64,000 nucleotides of DNA from Callorhinchus milii (GCF_018977255.1 NW_024704742.1:13704001-13768000); one strand, 5' to 3'. Shown: positions 1 to 12,809, counted from the stretch's first letter. Notes: generated from the sequence alone by a model not told the origin. Translations and numbers: made by a program.

Positions 1-1073
1 TAAATAAAGTCCCGCCTGATGGTCCAGGTGAATAAAAATAGCCCCTTTTGAGAGAGGAAAAAGCAGTCACAACCTAAAAAATTATGCTTTCCGTATGTGT
101 GGATGAGATAGAAACCGAACAGTGGAGAACAGATCAAGTAAGTTTGGTAACAGATGATTTACATAGTTGCTTTGTTATGACCAATAGAAATATCCGATGA
201 TCAGAAAAAATATAAATAAGCCAAAAGGGAAAATGTGTAATCTGATTAACACAAGGACTGGAATGCAGTTAAACTGTTGTCCTGAACGCCCCTCAAACCA
301 GACCAGCTAACTTGGCTCATCAACAGGACTTGGAAGAGCAGATCAGAAACTGAGGGTATGATTTTTTCCCATTCAACTCCTTGTTAGAAAATAAAATCAG
401 CCAAATCTGCAAGGAAATAACGCTAATTCCTCTAACCAGATATCAGACTGTTTTATTATAATTCGTTCGTTATTCCCCAATATCCCGATGGGTCAGACCA
501 AAGGCCGGTACAATCAACAGATCTTATAACAGAATAACACCACTATAGATATCTCGAGTTCAAGAGTTCAACACTGTGTCTTTCCAGCACACAAGCTTGA
601 TTCTTCATGCTTTCAGTCTTCTTGCTTACAGCTTTCAATCTTCCATCTGATATCCTCAGTCTTAGTGTTTCCAGCTCTCAGTCTTTCATCTCTGTATCCT
701 TGTCTCCACGACCCGGGACGGCTCCATCTCCCGTATCCTTGTCTCCGCGACCCGGGACGGCTTCATCTCCCGTATCCTTGTCTCCGCGACCCGGGACGGC
801 TCCATCTCCCGTATCCTTGTCTCCGCGACCCGGGACGGCTCCGTACACAAAGTTATCGGAACTCTTATACCAATATTCATTCAATCATGGTGCGGATATT
901 AGATCACCCGGTCGAAATCATGCTGGGTTCACGTGAACACCTCATGGGGTGTACGTGCCTCACACACACAAACACACTGTCCTTGAGACAGTCCGTTATC
1001 TCGTGTACGTGCAGGGAGTTTCAGTCCAGCTGCCCACAACACACTTAACTTAAAAGTTAACCCGTTCGCAACA
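1..1073 (-). mobile_element. possible LTR (solo LTR or LTR of an element), other end outside window
   Basis: Minus strand begins TGTTGCGAACGGG at 1073 (TG start typical of LTRs). CpG-rich relative to flanks, internal minisatellite, AATAAA on minus strand near 450-456. No PBS, PPT or TSD verifiable. Confidence 0.35.
684..842. repeat. 39-bp GC-rich minisatellite, about 4 copies
   Basis: Unit GCTCCATCTCCCGTATCCTTGTCTCCGCGACCCGGGACG repeated with few substitutions; explains the 13-aa-periodic ORFs at 607-1048. Confidence 0.95.
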
Positions 1074-2374
1074 TCTATTATGATTCTAACATTATACAAA
1101 AAGTGTAAATTCTAACATCCTGCTATCTCCACATACTAAAGCTGCACTGGATAGAGTGGTCCTAGTTTGACAAGCAGTGGGAACCTTCCCAGACCGCGTT
1201 CTCAATGGCAGGCTATGCAGATTTATTTTGTTAAACTCCAGGAATACTCCAACTCACCCACTGAGGTCTTGCCGACCTTTCCCTAATGCTCTCCTGAATT
1301 AGAAAAATAGGGTGCATTTAATTCAAAAACAACAACAACTTGCATTGTTTTAAATGGGAATTTCTATACATATGACAAACTCTCAATCCAGTTTGGATAT
1401 TTTGGATATTCTTAAGCATGGGCTTCCTCCTGCATCAAATACCCGCTGATAAAACAAAGGTCTGAAGAAAATTCAGCTTTGACAATGTGTTTTTTAAGCC
1501 AATGTCTGGTAAAGCAGCATTGAATTACTGTTGCCTTGACCAGAGTTATATGGGAGGGCACATGGTCTTCACTCACTAAAATAATAACATTGATATTGAG
1601 TCTTCAACAGGTCGGTGCCAGGTGAAATCATTCACTCAAACTTGGGGGAGAGGAGTTTTCCATTCCAATATTGTTAATAAATTTAAGAAAATGTTTCAAG
1701 GACTTGCTTAGTCCACATTCCCCACCCCCCCTGCTATATCACGAACACACCACTGTCAGTCAGTGCTGAACCTCTCCAAAAGCACTGTACTCAACAAGTA
1801 CATAAGTGTCTGGAACATACTCACTTGAACAGAGAATGTTGGGTTCCCATGGCACCTTTCCATTAATGGTTTCCTGGGCAATTTCTAAAAGTGTTAGTAC
1901 TTGGAGGCATTTATTACCATACTAAAGTGCCTTCACTTAAGTCTAACCTGCACACGGAGCAAGTTAAAACCCTGGAGCGTTAAAGCACAAATGGGAATTC
2001 TACTAAGACATTCACCACAGAGGTGTTTCTGTACCTTATAGGTTTATTATTTTTTGTTCTTTTAAGTACTGTAGTTTGTTTTTTAACAAATTCAATTGCT
2101 TTGAAGTATTATATATCTGAAGTGATGGCTTTAAGCCACCTCCTGGTCTTTCTTTAAACCTTTTAACACTTGCTTTAAGGTATTTCACCCTACAAGTAGT
2201 TGGTTAATTGTTTATTTGAAATTTCATAAGGCATTTGCTGAAGATGCCATGTGCGTTGCAATTACGTGACAACAACGTAGCTAATGTAAACATTTGCAAA
2301 TGGGTCAGCAGAATCGTTTTTGTACCAAAATGGTCACGTAGCAGTAGACATGTTTTGGTTAAAAACAAAACGCT

Positions 2375-2495
2375 AAATATTGCAGATGCTGGAAATCTGA
2401 AACAAAAACAAAGTCACTGGGAACACTCAGCAGGTCAGGGAGCATCTATGGAGAAAGGAAAGTGAGTCAATGTTTTGGGTCCACAACCCTTCCAG
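2375..2495 (-). mobile_element. Penelope-like terminal repeat relic
   Basis: TGCAGATGCTGGAAATCTGAAACAAAAACA...ACTCAGCAGGTCAGGGAGCATCT resembles an abundant shark repeat I recall as Penelope-like; related relics at about 50185-50300 and 58610-58700. Confidence 0.45.
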
Positions 2496-2834
2496 GTATA
2501 CCCCTTTTGGGTATTAGTCTCTGGAAGTCTCAAAATATTATGGTAACACTTTATGAATGCATTACTTCCCACTAATGGTTGAGGCCACAATGTAGAAATT
2601 GATGTGTGTTTTCGTTCTCTTGCCTCTCATGCAAGGGAAATAAAGAAGGAGAGAAATATGACTGCAGAGTGAGGCACCTTCGGAGGTGGAACACACAGCA
2701 CAGCTGTGTTTTAATAATAATAATCCTTGCATTTGAAAAGAGTTTTCTGTAAAGTGCAGACAAATGCTGCAAACAATTTTTACCCAGCAATGTCCCACAA
2801 ACAGCCATGACATGTCATAAAAGATTACTTTTTT

Positions 2835-2990
2835 CCTGGTTGAATTTCCCCTATAGACCTTGGCCGCTGAGGTCAACTGTAGCCTCATGTTCAAAATTAA
2901 CTAATGTGGCACAGACTATGATTTAAACTTGCTACGTTTTTAGCCTCTATGGCTCATGTTGCTCCACCCACCAGGCCATTGGAAGAGCTG
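2835..2990 (-). mobile_element. old diverged SINE-like relic (third family)
   Basis: Weak similarity to 43300-43430 (CTGAGGTCAACTGTAGC vs CTGAGACCGATGTCAGC); family not identified. Confidence 0.3.
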
Positions 2991-3365
2991 AGGAAGTGCA
3001 ATCTTAAATCTATAACCTTTTTGGTCCACAGGCAAAAGCATTACATACAAGCAGTCAGTACTGGTGTAAACAGCGCTTAATCATATTCATACAGTAACAT
3101 GTCTACAAATCTTCTAAATAGTATTTTAATTTATCAGTGGAAATTTAATTTGTTTCAACTCAAAAGTCAAAATTTAATTGAAGCAGATAATTATTTCATG
3201 GACAAGTTTTGCAGGTAGAGGAATTCTACCCTGGCTTTAACAGTTTTTAACAAGCGCAATATTTATGATCAATAGAAAAGAGAATTGTAAAGCATTTATA
3301 GGGTGACAATCTATAGCAGACATTAACCTGAAAGTTGGATATACTTAGGTTCCTATATTTAAGTA

Positions 3366-3699
3366 TGGAGTCTTGAGGCATATTGGTTAGAACACTCGCC
3401 TCATGAGCGAGAGGACCCAGGTTCAGGGCGAAACCCTGAGTTTCCTTACTCCACACGCCTCTGTTTACCGAGCAGTAAGTAGAAACCCAGTTGTTAGTCG
3501 ATTGGCGGATTCGTTTCCAGGGATAATAATCACTTCTAAAGAAATAAAATAATAATAATAATTTGGTCACTCAATCTCCGACTGTTTGTGGGACACTGCT
3601 GTGCGCAATATATAGTCAATTCACTTTACAATATATTCTGTGAAGAACTTTGAGACATCTCAATGACGTGACATACATCAAATGCAAAGATTATTATTA
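3366..3699 (+). mobile_element. tRNA-derived SINE, young family, long subfamily
   Basis: Decayed tRNA-like head, body TGTTTGTGGGACACTGCTGTGCGCAA, L2-like tail and (TTA)n. Confidence 0.85.
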
Positions 3700-4679
3700 G
3701 GAAGCATTGACTAAAGTTTCAGAGCTCTGTGGTAAATTTGCCATTCTGATCCGAAATAAATAGCAGGATTTACTTGATTAGTTCCCTATACATTCCATTA
3801 AATTAATTTAATACGGTCGATGGCTTTAATGGGAGCTGGTTTCATTTATAATCAGCTATGGAGAAGTTTTGATGGAGATTTTCCATTTAAATTTATCACT
3901 GTAGACACTGCCTTATCCTGCTAAACAAAGTAATAGTTCCACATAAGATGTGTATAGAATGAATCTGAATTAAAATGTCAATGGAGATAAGTTGAATTTT
4001 AATAGTATTTGCAACAGGTGCATTGCTCACATCTGTAGAAGAACAAAGAAACAGGAATTCTTTCAGAAACAAGACAGGAGCAAAATAGCTCCAGGAAATT
4101 AAACTATGGATACAGGTAAGGTGCAGCCAATTCTTGATCTGGAAAAGTACATTTATCCAGCCCATGTGCAACCTTTAGAAACATTGATTCTGGGTTATAA
4201 AATATAATGGGGGAAAATGTAAGTGCCAAACCATTATGTAGAAAAATACGAAACTGTGTTCCCAAAAATAGTTTAAAAGGAAAATGCAAACAGAAGTTTT
4301 CATAGCAAAATAAATGCACACGGAAAGTTAATTATTAATCTTTATAAGCTGCTATAAATTGTTCAGTTGCCTGAACACAGAAAATAATAAAATGAAAATT
4401 ATAACCTGAGATGTAATTGCCACTGGTGGCAAATAGTACATTGCAAGTCACAGTATTTTCATCTTGTAATTTATTTTTCAATAAAACTTCTAGGTTTTCG
4501 AGTTTTTTCATGTTCATCAAGATGAGGAATGCCATTGCTTAGAAATAGACTACAGTTTCACATTTGGAAGAGGCAATATCAGAATAAGCATTCCGAATTC
4601 AGTAATAGCTTTGGATAGAAGTTGATTAAAGCTCCATGTATCTTCCCTCAACAATAAAGTACCTTAGAAACCGCAGAAA

Positions 4680-4800
4680 GTTACAGAACAGAAGGCCTTA
4701 CAGCCCATCATGTCTATGCTGCTTCTTTTTAAAGAACAATCTTTTCTACCCCATTTAGCAGTCTTTTCCCCGTATTCCAGTTGTTTACTTCTTAATACCC
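4680..4800 (-). mobile_element. CR1 3' end relic
   Basis: CAGAAGGCCTTACAGCCCATCATGTCT resembles the CR1 3' UTR at 9865-9910. Confidence 0.5.
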
Positions 4801-6589
4801 ATTTCCACATGATGAGTGTGAATTTTTTCATTATTCACACTAACCATCCTTGGGGTTTGCTTGAGTGACACTGGCAATTTAAATGTCACTTGACACTCAA
4901 TTGGGTACAATTTTGTGTTGTGGAATCAGGTCCATTGGAAACGAACATGGATTCAGCAAAGATATTTAAAATAGGAATCGTATCGCTGGCAGAGAGCGGA
5001 CTTTCACCTGTCAGTGGGTGATGGGATTGGACCGAGGTCCTCTAGTTAAAACGGCAGTCTGCTAACGGTCTGCTCCAACCAGATTTTTATAGATAGAGAT
5101 TACTGCAGGATTCTTTGTATTTCCATCATGTCCATGTCTGTGTCCACTGGAAATTGGCCCGGGACTGCCCAGAGTCATTTCATCTTTAAAGTAAATTGTA
5201 ATGTGACCTTTAAGAGCTGTCAGACGGAGCAGGCTTTATCTTATCTGTTGAAATCTCTGCACTGAAAAAAACAACACTGTGCATTTATTACTGGTAGTCT
5301 GGAATCACAGAGAATGCAATTGGATTCTTAAGTAATTACTTTTCTAATAGTTTTGGTCATTTAGTCACATCCCCTCATCACCTTGGGTCTCTAAACACGA
5401 TCTTATGTATTTAGAAAGAGGCAGGATGCATTCATGCAGAATTATTAATTATATCTCAGCACATTTTCTCATTCCTGAGGCAGCAGCTAATCACGGAAAG
5501 AGCTGACATGTCACATGGGGATCACCAGCATTCATTCACTGATCCAGGGCTAACCAAGTATGTGTTCTTCCAGAACAGAAACACACGTTTATTACAACTA
5601 TGATAGGATGATTTGGCATAAAATGTGGAAATTACACTTGCAATTTCTGAAGAACTTCAATAATCAATGGAGCAAATTTTTTTTTATAGAAGTTGTGACT
5701 TTTCAATTAAAATCGTAAAGAGTGGATGAAAACCACAGCTTTGTTAAAATGTTGTAAGTCATATTGCATTTGAGGCCCTGTTTTCTAAATCAATTGGTAT
5801 TGATTTTCATATATGCGATCATCCCTGAATCAGTATCTGCAGCATGTGATTATGCTTCTATCAATACGTGTTTCACGGGTGGAAGGTGATCTTAATCTGA
5901 ACTGACCTGAATCTGATTGAAAAACACCTGTCATTTTTCTCTGCACCCTGCTACACAAGAATCAATTCTGTGTTAAATTCTCTCTCCTCTGCTGAGCCTT
6001 AACTTTTGCCTTTCAGTTGCTGTTATGAGATAATATGATGAGGCAAAGGGACATCACATCATTCTTTGACAAACTGAAGAGAGAATCTTGTCAACAAAAT
6101 TAAGGCACTCTTTTTGTTTAAATTTGATGCATAATTGTGAATTTGCTCAGCGAATTGCTGGCACAATGGCATTAATGAAAGCCACTATTTAACAAGGATG
6201 TAAAAATGCATTTGTTTCCGAATCACTTTCCATTGACTTTCATATGTGTCATTATATCTGAATCAATAGTTACAGTATGTGATTATTGGCACCGTCAATA
6301 TTTGTTTCACGGTTGAAATTAATTCTAATTCAAAAAGTTTGGAGTCAGATGCAATTATCAAGTAAAATGTGCGCAAGTTAGGGACATGTTGCAAATCAAC
6401 AGAAATTTTTGTTGCAGTCCTTCAGAACAGAGCAAGAAAATATTTCTATAATACCAAGTGTCGTGTGAAATATCTACGTTCAATTCAGGTGTGAGTGGAC
6501 CTCTTTAGAAGAAGAGACATTATCTAAAGCATAATCTTCAACAAGCTAATGATATAATACCGGCATTACACTAAAGTTATGTCCCTTGG

Positions 6590-7275
6590 CTTCCCATCAT
6601 TTCCTTTTTCTACCTATAAATTACTGACAAAGCCCAAGATCATGGATGACAACATCAATGTTCTACCTTCACTGAAACCTGGTGCACCCCTGGTGACACC
6701 TTTTCTCTCTATAATGCAGCACAACTTGGCTACCCTTTCCACCATACTTCTCACCCCAGACATTGTGGTAGTGGCCAGGCACTCATATCCAGCTCCCAAA
6801 TGAGTCTATTCCCCTTACTCCCCTAACTCTTGTGGTTCTTTCTCCTCATTCGAGCACCTCAAGCCCTACCATCCCTCCAATCTCTACCTCACAATCTTAT
6901 TGTTTACTGCTCTCCCAACCATCATCTTCCCAAAAAAAATCATATTCTTCCCTGATATCTACTCCCTTCTACATTTCCCAACTTCTGTTCATCTTGGGTG
7001 ATTTCAACCTCCACTTTATCCCTGCTTGCCCTATTTCTGCTGACATCTCCATCATCTTCTCTTTCCCTTTCCTCCCTCAATATCACCCTTAACATCAACT
7101 CCCCCACCTACATACATGGCCACTCCCTTCACCTGGTCATTACACTAGGCCACTCCATCTCTGACATTTCCATCTCCAATAAAGATCTCTGATCACTTCT
7201 TCATTTCTCTTAACTCCCTTAGTTACTTTCTCCACCAACCTTCAGCACAACTCTCACTGCCATCCTCAACACCCC
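6590..7275 (+). mobile_element. old L2 LINE fragment, APE endonuclease region
   Basis: Decayed ETW (ACTGAAACCTGG), ILGDFNLH, PTYIHGHSLHLVIT and SDH motifs spread across frames. Confidence 0.8.
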
Positions 7276-7662
7276 AGATCTTGTCACTTTCTGAGCTGTA
7301 TCGTACCCACCCCGTGCTCATACGTTCCTTATATGACAGCCATTTCCGCTTCCTAAAGTGCAAGGCCTGTGCTCCTGAATGGATTTGGCTCCGATCTGAT
7401 TTTGTGGTTCATCGCCAGACATGTAGATTGTTGTTGTTGTGCTGTGTACAAAATTGTTGTTGTGATTGCTTAAACATACACTCCCCACACTTGACAGCAA
7501 TCACTTTTGAGATGTTTCACTTTTTTCAGTGCTACATCAATTGGAAATATTCTTATTGAATTAATTCATATTTCATCCCAATGTTAGTTTGACTAAACTA
7601 GATTATTAGTTTAGATTAATCGACAGTTGAATCCAGTTTAGCCTAGTTCCTGAGGGAAGCGG

Positions 7663-8033
7663 TAATAATAGTAACAATCCTTGCATTTGATATAGTGCCT
7701 TATCATGTCTTTGAGACATCTCAAAGCGCTTCACAGAATATATTGCAAGTGACTGTATATTTTGTGGGCAAAATCCGGAAGCCAATTGTGTACAACAGTG
7801 TTCCACAAATAGTCGAGGATTGGGTGACCAAATTATTATTATTTTTTTCAGGGATTATTCCCCCCGGATAAGTGATCCGCCAATCAACGAACAACCAGGT
7901 TCCTACTTACTGCTAAGTAAACAGAGGCATGTGGAGTAAGGAAACTTGCCTAACATTTTGCCCTGCTGGGAATCAAACCAAGGTCCTTTCGCTTGCAAGG
8001 CGAGTGCTCTAACCACTGAGCTACAGGACTTCA
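7663..8033 (-). mobile_element. tRNA-derived SINE, young family, long subfamily
   Basis: Reverse complement of head GTCCTGTAGCTCAGTGGTTAGAGCACTCGCCTTGCAAGCG plus body and tail. Confidence 0.9.
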
Positions 8034-8997
8034 GGCAGCAACATGTAACAATTTATTTTATATTTGGTAGAATAAGATGAATGAATGAAAAGTAAGAGCA
8101 TTCAAAAGAAAATTACATTGTTAGCCTGAAATGATTCATTCCAAGTCATGAATTCAAGTGTCATTCTCAATTTAGAGTATTCCATGAATGAACTGCGAAT
8201 GAGTAATTCTAAACCATAAGAGAAATGACTAAATCGCCAGTTGGTACAGGCACTTAACAGGAACATGAAAGTGCTGGACATGCAATGCTAGCTTCTGTAA
8301 TTGTGTTGCCTTGATGACTATAATTCTCTGGAGCTCTTAACCATAGTGGGCTAAATGCCCACCCCAAGCAAGAAAATGTTCTTCCAAAGGATACAGGTAT
8401 CAGTTTTTCCCTAAATCCCATTCAGAAAGCTAAAAAAATGAAACATGTCCACGGAAGCTTAAAACAGAGCACAGTGCAGCACAAAGAAATCAACCTAGTC
8501 TAATTTGTACTTCTGTGTGCTTTCAGGAGCTGTGCTTTCTCAACAGTGTGAATTTGTATCATTTGGATTGCCATTTCAAGCGCATGTTTGGCAGTGAACT
8601 TTGCCAAAATGGTGATAATTTACCACCAAACAGGCATAATAATAATAATAATTTACACTTCCCTTGTCAAAGTGCTTTATAAAGATTGAGCGGGTCACCA
8701 AGTTGGGAGTGAGATAGGAGGGGTAGGAGTGAGCTAGTCAAAAGTGCAGTCATCGGGACAGGTTTTGAGAAAGCTAAAATATAGTTTAGTGAGTGTAAAC
8801 ATTAAACATACAATAGAATCCCATAAATATTTCAATATTGCAAGGTATATAGAGCATTTAGCAGCACCGTGTACAATTAAAATGAATTAGGAATCTAATG
8901 ATCAAAAACTAATCAATTTTTTCAACCATTCATCAAACAGTTTCTTAGAGATCTAGTTATTGAAACATCTCAAAGCGCTTCACAGAATATATTCTGT

Positions 8998-9836
8998 AAA
9001 ATGGCCAGACAATGGCAGATGAATTTCAATGTGGTGAAAGGCGAGGTAATGCATTTTGGTAGAAAGAATGAGGGGAGGCAATATAGGCTGGTAATACAAT
9101 CTTAAAGGGGGTAAAAGAACAGAGAGACCTGGGGGTGCAGGTAAATGAATCCTTGAAGGTGGCAGGACAGGTAGATAAAGCTGTAAAAAGGGCATATGGG
9201 ATACCAGGCTTTATAAATAGGGCATAGAGTACAAGAGTCAGGAGGTTATGATTAACTATATAAAACACTGGTTAGGCCTCAGTTAGAATATTGCGCCCAG
9301 TTCTGGGCACCACACTATAGGAAGGATGTTAAGGCATTGGAAAGGGTGCAGAGGAGATTTACGAGGATGGTACCAGGAATGAGGAATGATTATGAGGAAA
9401 GGTTAGTGAGGCTGGGATTGTTCTCATTGGAGCAGAGAAGGTTACGAGGAGATCTAATAGAGGTCTTCAAAATCATGAGGGGATTTGATAGGTTAGAAAG
9501 GGAAAAACTGTTTCCAGTGGTGGGTGTGTCGATGACTCAAGGTCACAGATCCAAAATAGTCTCTAAAAGAAGCAGAGGGGAGGTGAGAAGAATTTTTTTC
9601 ACGCAGCGAGTTGTTCGAATCTGGAACGCATTGCCTGAAAGGATGGTGGAGGCCGATTCGATAACAACTTTTAAAAACGTGGTGGACGGGTATTTGAGGA
9701 GGATGGGTTTGCAGGGTTATGGGGAAAGGGCTGGGGAGTGGGATTAGCATTACATTGCTCTATTCAAAGAGCTGACACAAACTTGATGGGCTGAATGACC
9801 TCTTTTTGTGCTGTATGATCCTATGATTCTATGATT
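8998..9836 (+). mobile_element. CR1 LINE, 5'-truncated 3' portion
   Basis: ORF 9337-9747 ERVQRRFTRMVPG...RRLRGDLIEVFKI...FFTQRVVRIWNALP (CR1 ORF2 C-terminus); tail of 8-bp repeats TATGATCC/TATGATTC. Confidence 0.92.
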
Positions 9837-9845
9837 TTTTTTATA

Positions 9846-11711
9846 GCTTCATGGAATGTTACGGCACAGAAGGAGGCCATTCGGCCCATCGAGTCTGTGC
9901 CGGCTCTTTGACAGAGCAAGTCACTTTCGCTAACCCCAATCACCAGCTTTCTCCCCATAACCCTGCAAACCCGTCTTTCCCAGATACCTATCCAGTTTTC
10001 TCTTGAAAGCTGTTATCGAATCGGACTTCACTCCCCTTTCAGGCAGATCATTCCAAATTCGAACAACTCGCTGAGTGAAAAAAATTCTTCTAACCTCCCC
10101 TCTGCTTCTTTTGGTAGATATCTTAAGACTGTGACCACGGGTCACAGACACACCTACCAGTGGAAACAGCTTTGCCTTATCGAGCCTGTCGAAACCTTTC
10201 ATGATCTTGAAGACCTCTATCAGGTCCCACGTAACCTTCTCTGCTCTAATAACTTCTCCAGCCTGTCTTCATAGCTAAGGTTCCCCATTCCTGGTATCAT
10301 TCTTGTGAATCTCCTCTGCACCCTTTACAGTGCCTTAATGTCCTTCAGTACTCCAGCTGAGGCCTAACCAGTGTTTTGTATCGATTAGCCATAACCTCCC
10401 TACTCTTATACTCTATGCCCCTACTAATAAAGCTCAGTACACCAAATGCCTTTTTTACTGCCTTATCTACTTGCCCTGCTACCTTTAATGATTCGCTTAC
10501 TTGAACACCCAGATCTCTCTACGTTCATCCCCCTTAAGATTGAGCTACCAAGTCTATATTGCCTCCAATTATTTTTCCTACCTAAGTGTATCACCTCACA
10601 CTTATCCACATTGAAATCCATCTGCCACATTTCAGCCCATTCCACCTTCTGTGTATGTCTGCTTGCAGTTGGTTACAGTCCTCCTCACTATTTACTACCC
10701 TACCTAACTTTGTATCATCTGCAAACTTGGAAATAGTGCTCTCTATGCCCAAGTCCAGATCATTAATATATATTAGAAAGAGCAGTGGTCCCAATACCGA
10801 TCCCTGGGGGACACCGCTGCACACCCCTTTCCATTTCGAGAAACACCCATTAACCACCACCCTCTGCTTTCTGTCACTCAGCCAGTTCTTAATCCAAACT
10901 GCCACTGTCCCCTTAATACCGTGGGCCTCTAATTTTTTTTATTAATCTCTTATGCGGTACTGTGTCAAAAGCCTTTTTGAAATCCATGTAAATAACGTCC
11001 ACCGCATTTCCCTCATCAACCCTCGCAGTCACCTCTTTAAAAAATTCTATTAGATTTGTTAGGCAAGATTTGCCTTTAACAAATCCATGTTGGCTGTCTC
11101 TAATTACCTCATGTTCCTCTAAGTAGAGATTTATTCTGTCCCGGATTATGGTCTCCAGTAGTTTTCCTATTACCGAAGTTAGGCTGACTGGCCTGTAATT
11201 TCCGGGTTTGTCTTTCTGCCCCTTTTTGTAGAGGGGGTAACATTAGCCACTCTCCAGTCTCTTGGCACCACTCCTGTGTCCAATGAAGATTGAAATATAA
11301 TGGCCAAAGCCTCCGCTATTTGAACCCGTATCTCCCACAGCAACCTTGGGTGAAACCCATCTGGTCCTGGTGACTTATCAATTTTGAGCCCAGTCAATCT
11401 TTTCAGAACTTCCTCTCTGTCTATAGTAATCTGATCTATGTCCTCTACCCTCTCATCCAATACTGCGGCATTTGGGGCATCCATTTCCGTTGTGAAGACA
11501 GATGCAAAGTACTCATTTAGTACATCTGCCTCCACAACAAGATTGCCGTCATTGTCTTTGATTGGCCCCACCCTACCTTTAACTAACCTTTTTTCCTTTA
11601 TGTGCTTGTAAAATATTTTAGGATTCCCCTTTATGTTACCTGCTAACCTCTTCTCATGCGATCTTTTAGCCTGTCTCATCACTCTTTTAAGATCACTCCT
11701 GCATTCTCTAT
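9846..11711 (-). mobile_element. CR1 LINE, frameshifted RT region to 3' UTR
   Basis: KSPGPDG (ORF 11179-11682), GVPQGSVLGP and FADD (10591-10905), FFTQRVVRIWNDLP (9930-10202). Confidence 0.95.
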
Positions 11712-12639
11712 TTATTTATTGTGGGATTTAACAGAAAGAGACCTTTCAGTTTATATTGGAAACTATATGAAAGAAACTATTCCCTCTTTTCCTAAAGGCT
11801 TCAATGAGGTGCACAAAAAGGGTCTTCTCTGGAGGCAGATGGCATATAGTCAAGGAAGATATGACAAATAAGATCTCAGGAGACTGAGCAGAGTCCTTGA
11901 AAGGCAAGTCATGAGTTGTCTGCTCCATTGTTGACATTTTTAGAGAAAAGTTTGAGGGATCAAAATAATAGAAACAGGCTTTTCGATACACACTAGTATC
12001 AATTCACTTCTCTCATAATCTCACCTACCCACCACGGCCATGTACAAAGTCATTTAAAGATCATTAAACCTTTTCACTTTTATTTTTTATTCTCTTGCAA
12101 ACGAATGCTTCCTTGGATCTATTGAATCATGTTGTTTCTTAGGATACTTAAATACTTTTACAGCTCATTTTTGGTTTTTCTTCATTTTCTTGCTTTCTTG
12201 TTATGATTGGTTGTGCTTTATTCCTCTTGGGGTAATTTTTTTCTTACTGTTTATGTAAGATTTGTCTTTCCTCCTGTACGTTTGCCTCTATTCTATTCAT
12301 TTTATTCTTACTTCCTTCAGAATGACATTGGAATAATATTTGCAGTGTTAGATAGTTAATGTCAATGTCAATTATTATTAAAACACATTTCTGAGCCAGA
12401 GAGAGAGAGTATGAATTTTGAAACTATTTGGCAGACAGAGAATAACTATAGAACCTAACAAAATTAACCTTAGAAGCATTCGGGGAACTGGCACTGTTTC
12501 ACTCCCAATGACTAATACAACAATAGAATAGTTCCCAAACATTCTGGTGAGGAGTGTGGCTTCGCCCTCACCTCACGACAATATAGTTTGCTGAAATTAT
12601 ACATAACTTGTAACTTGCATACAAAAACACCAATAGTTT

Positions 12640-12712
12640 TGGGTCTGAAATTCTGACTGTCCAGCGCCTTGGGATATGGAAGGCACTATACAAATGTGAT
12701 TTTGTTGTTAGT
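12640..12712 (+). mobile_element. short L2 3' tail insertion
   Basis: GGGTCTGAAA..CTGACTGTCCAGCGCCTTGGGA...AAATGTGATTTTGTTGTT matches the L2 end at 18909-18993. Confidence 0.7.
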
Positions 12713-12809
12713 TTTGACATATGGTATGAACAAATAGAGGACCAAATAATTATTTGTGCAATTAAACATAGGGGTGAAATTTACATAATTTCAAAATTAT
12801 AATGCGTTT

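Noticed and set aside
684..842. CRISPR-like array
   Set aside because: Units are contiguous with no unique spacers, there are no cas genes, and the context is vertebrate.
607..1048. Repetitive ORFs in four frames
   Set aside because: By-product of a 39-bp minisatellite lacking stop codons in those frames.
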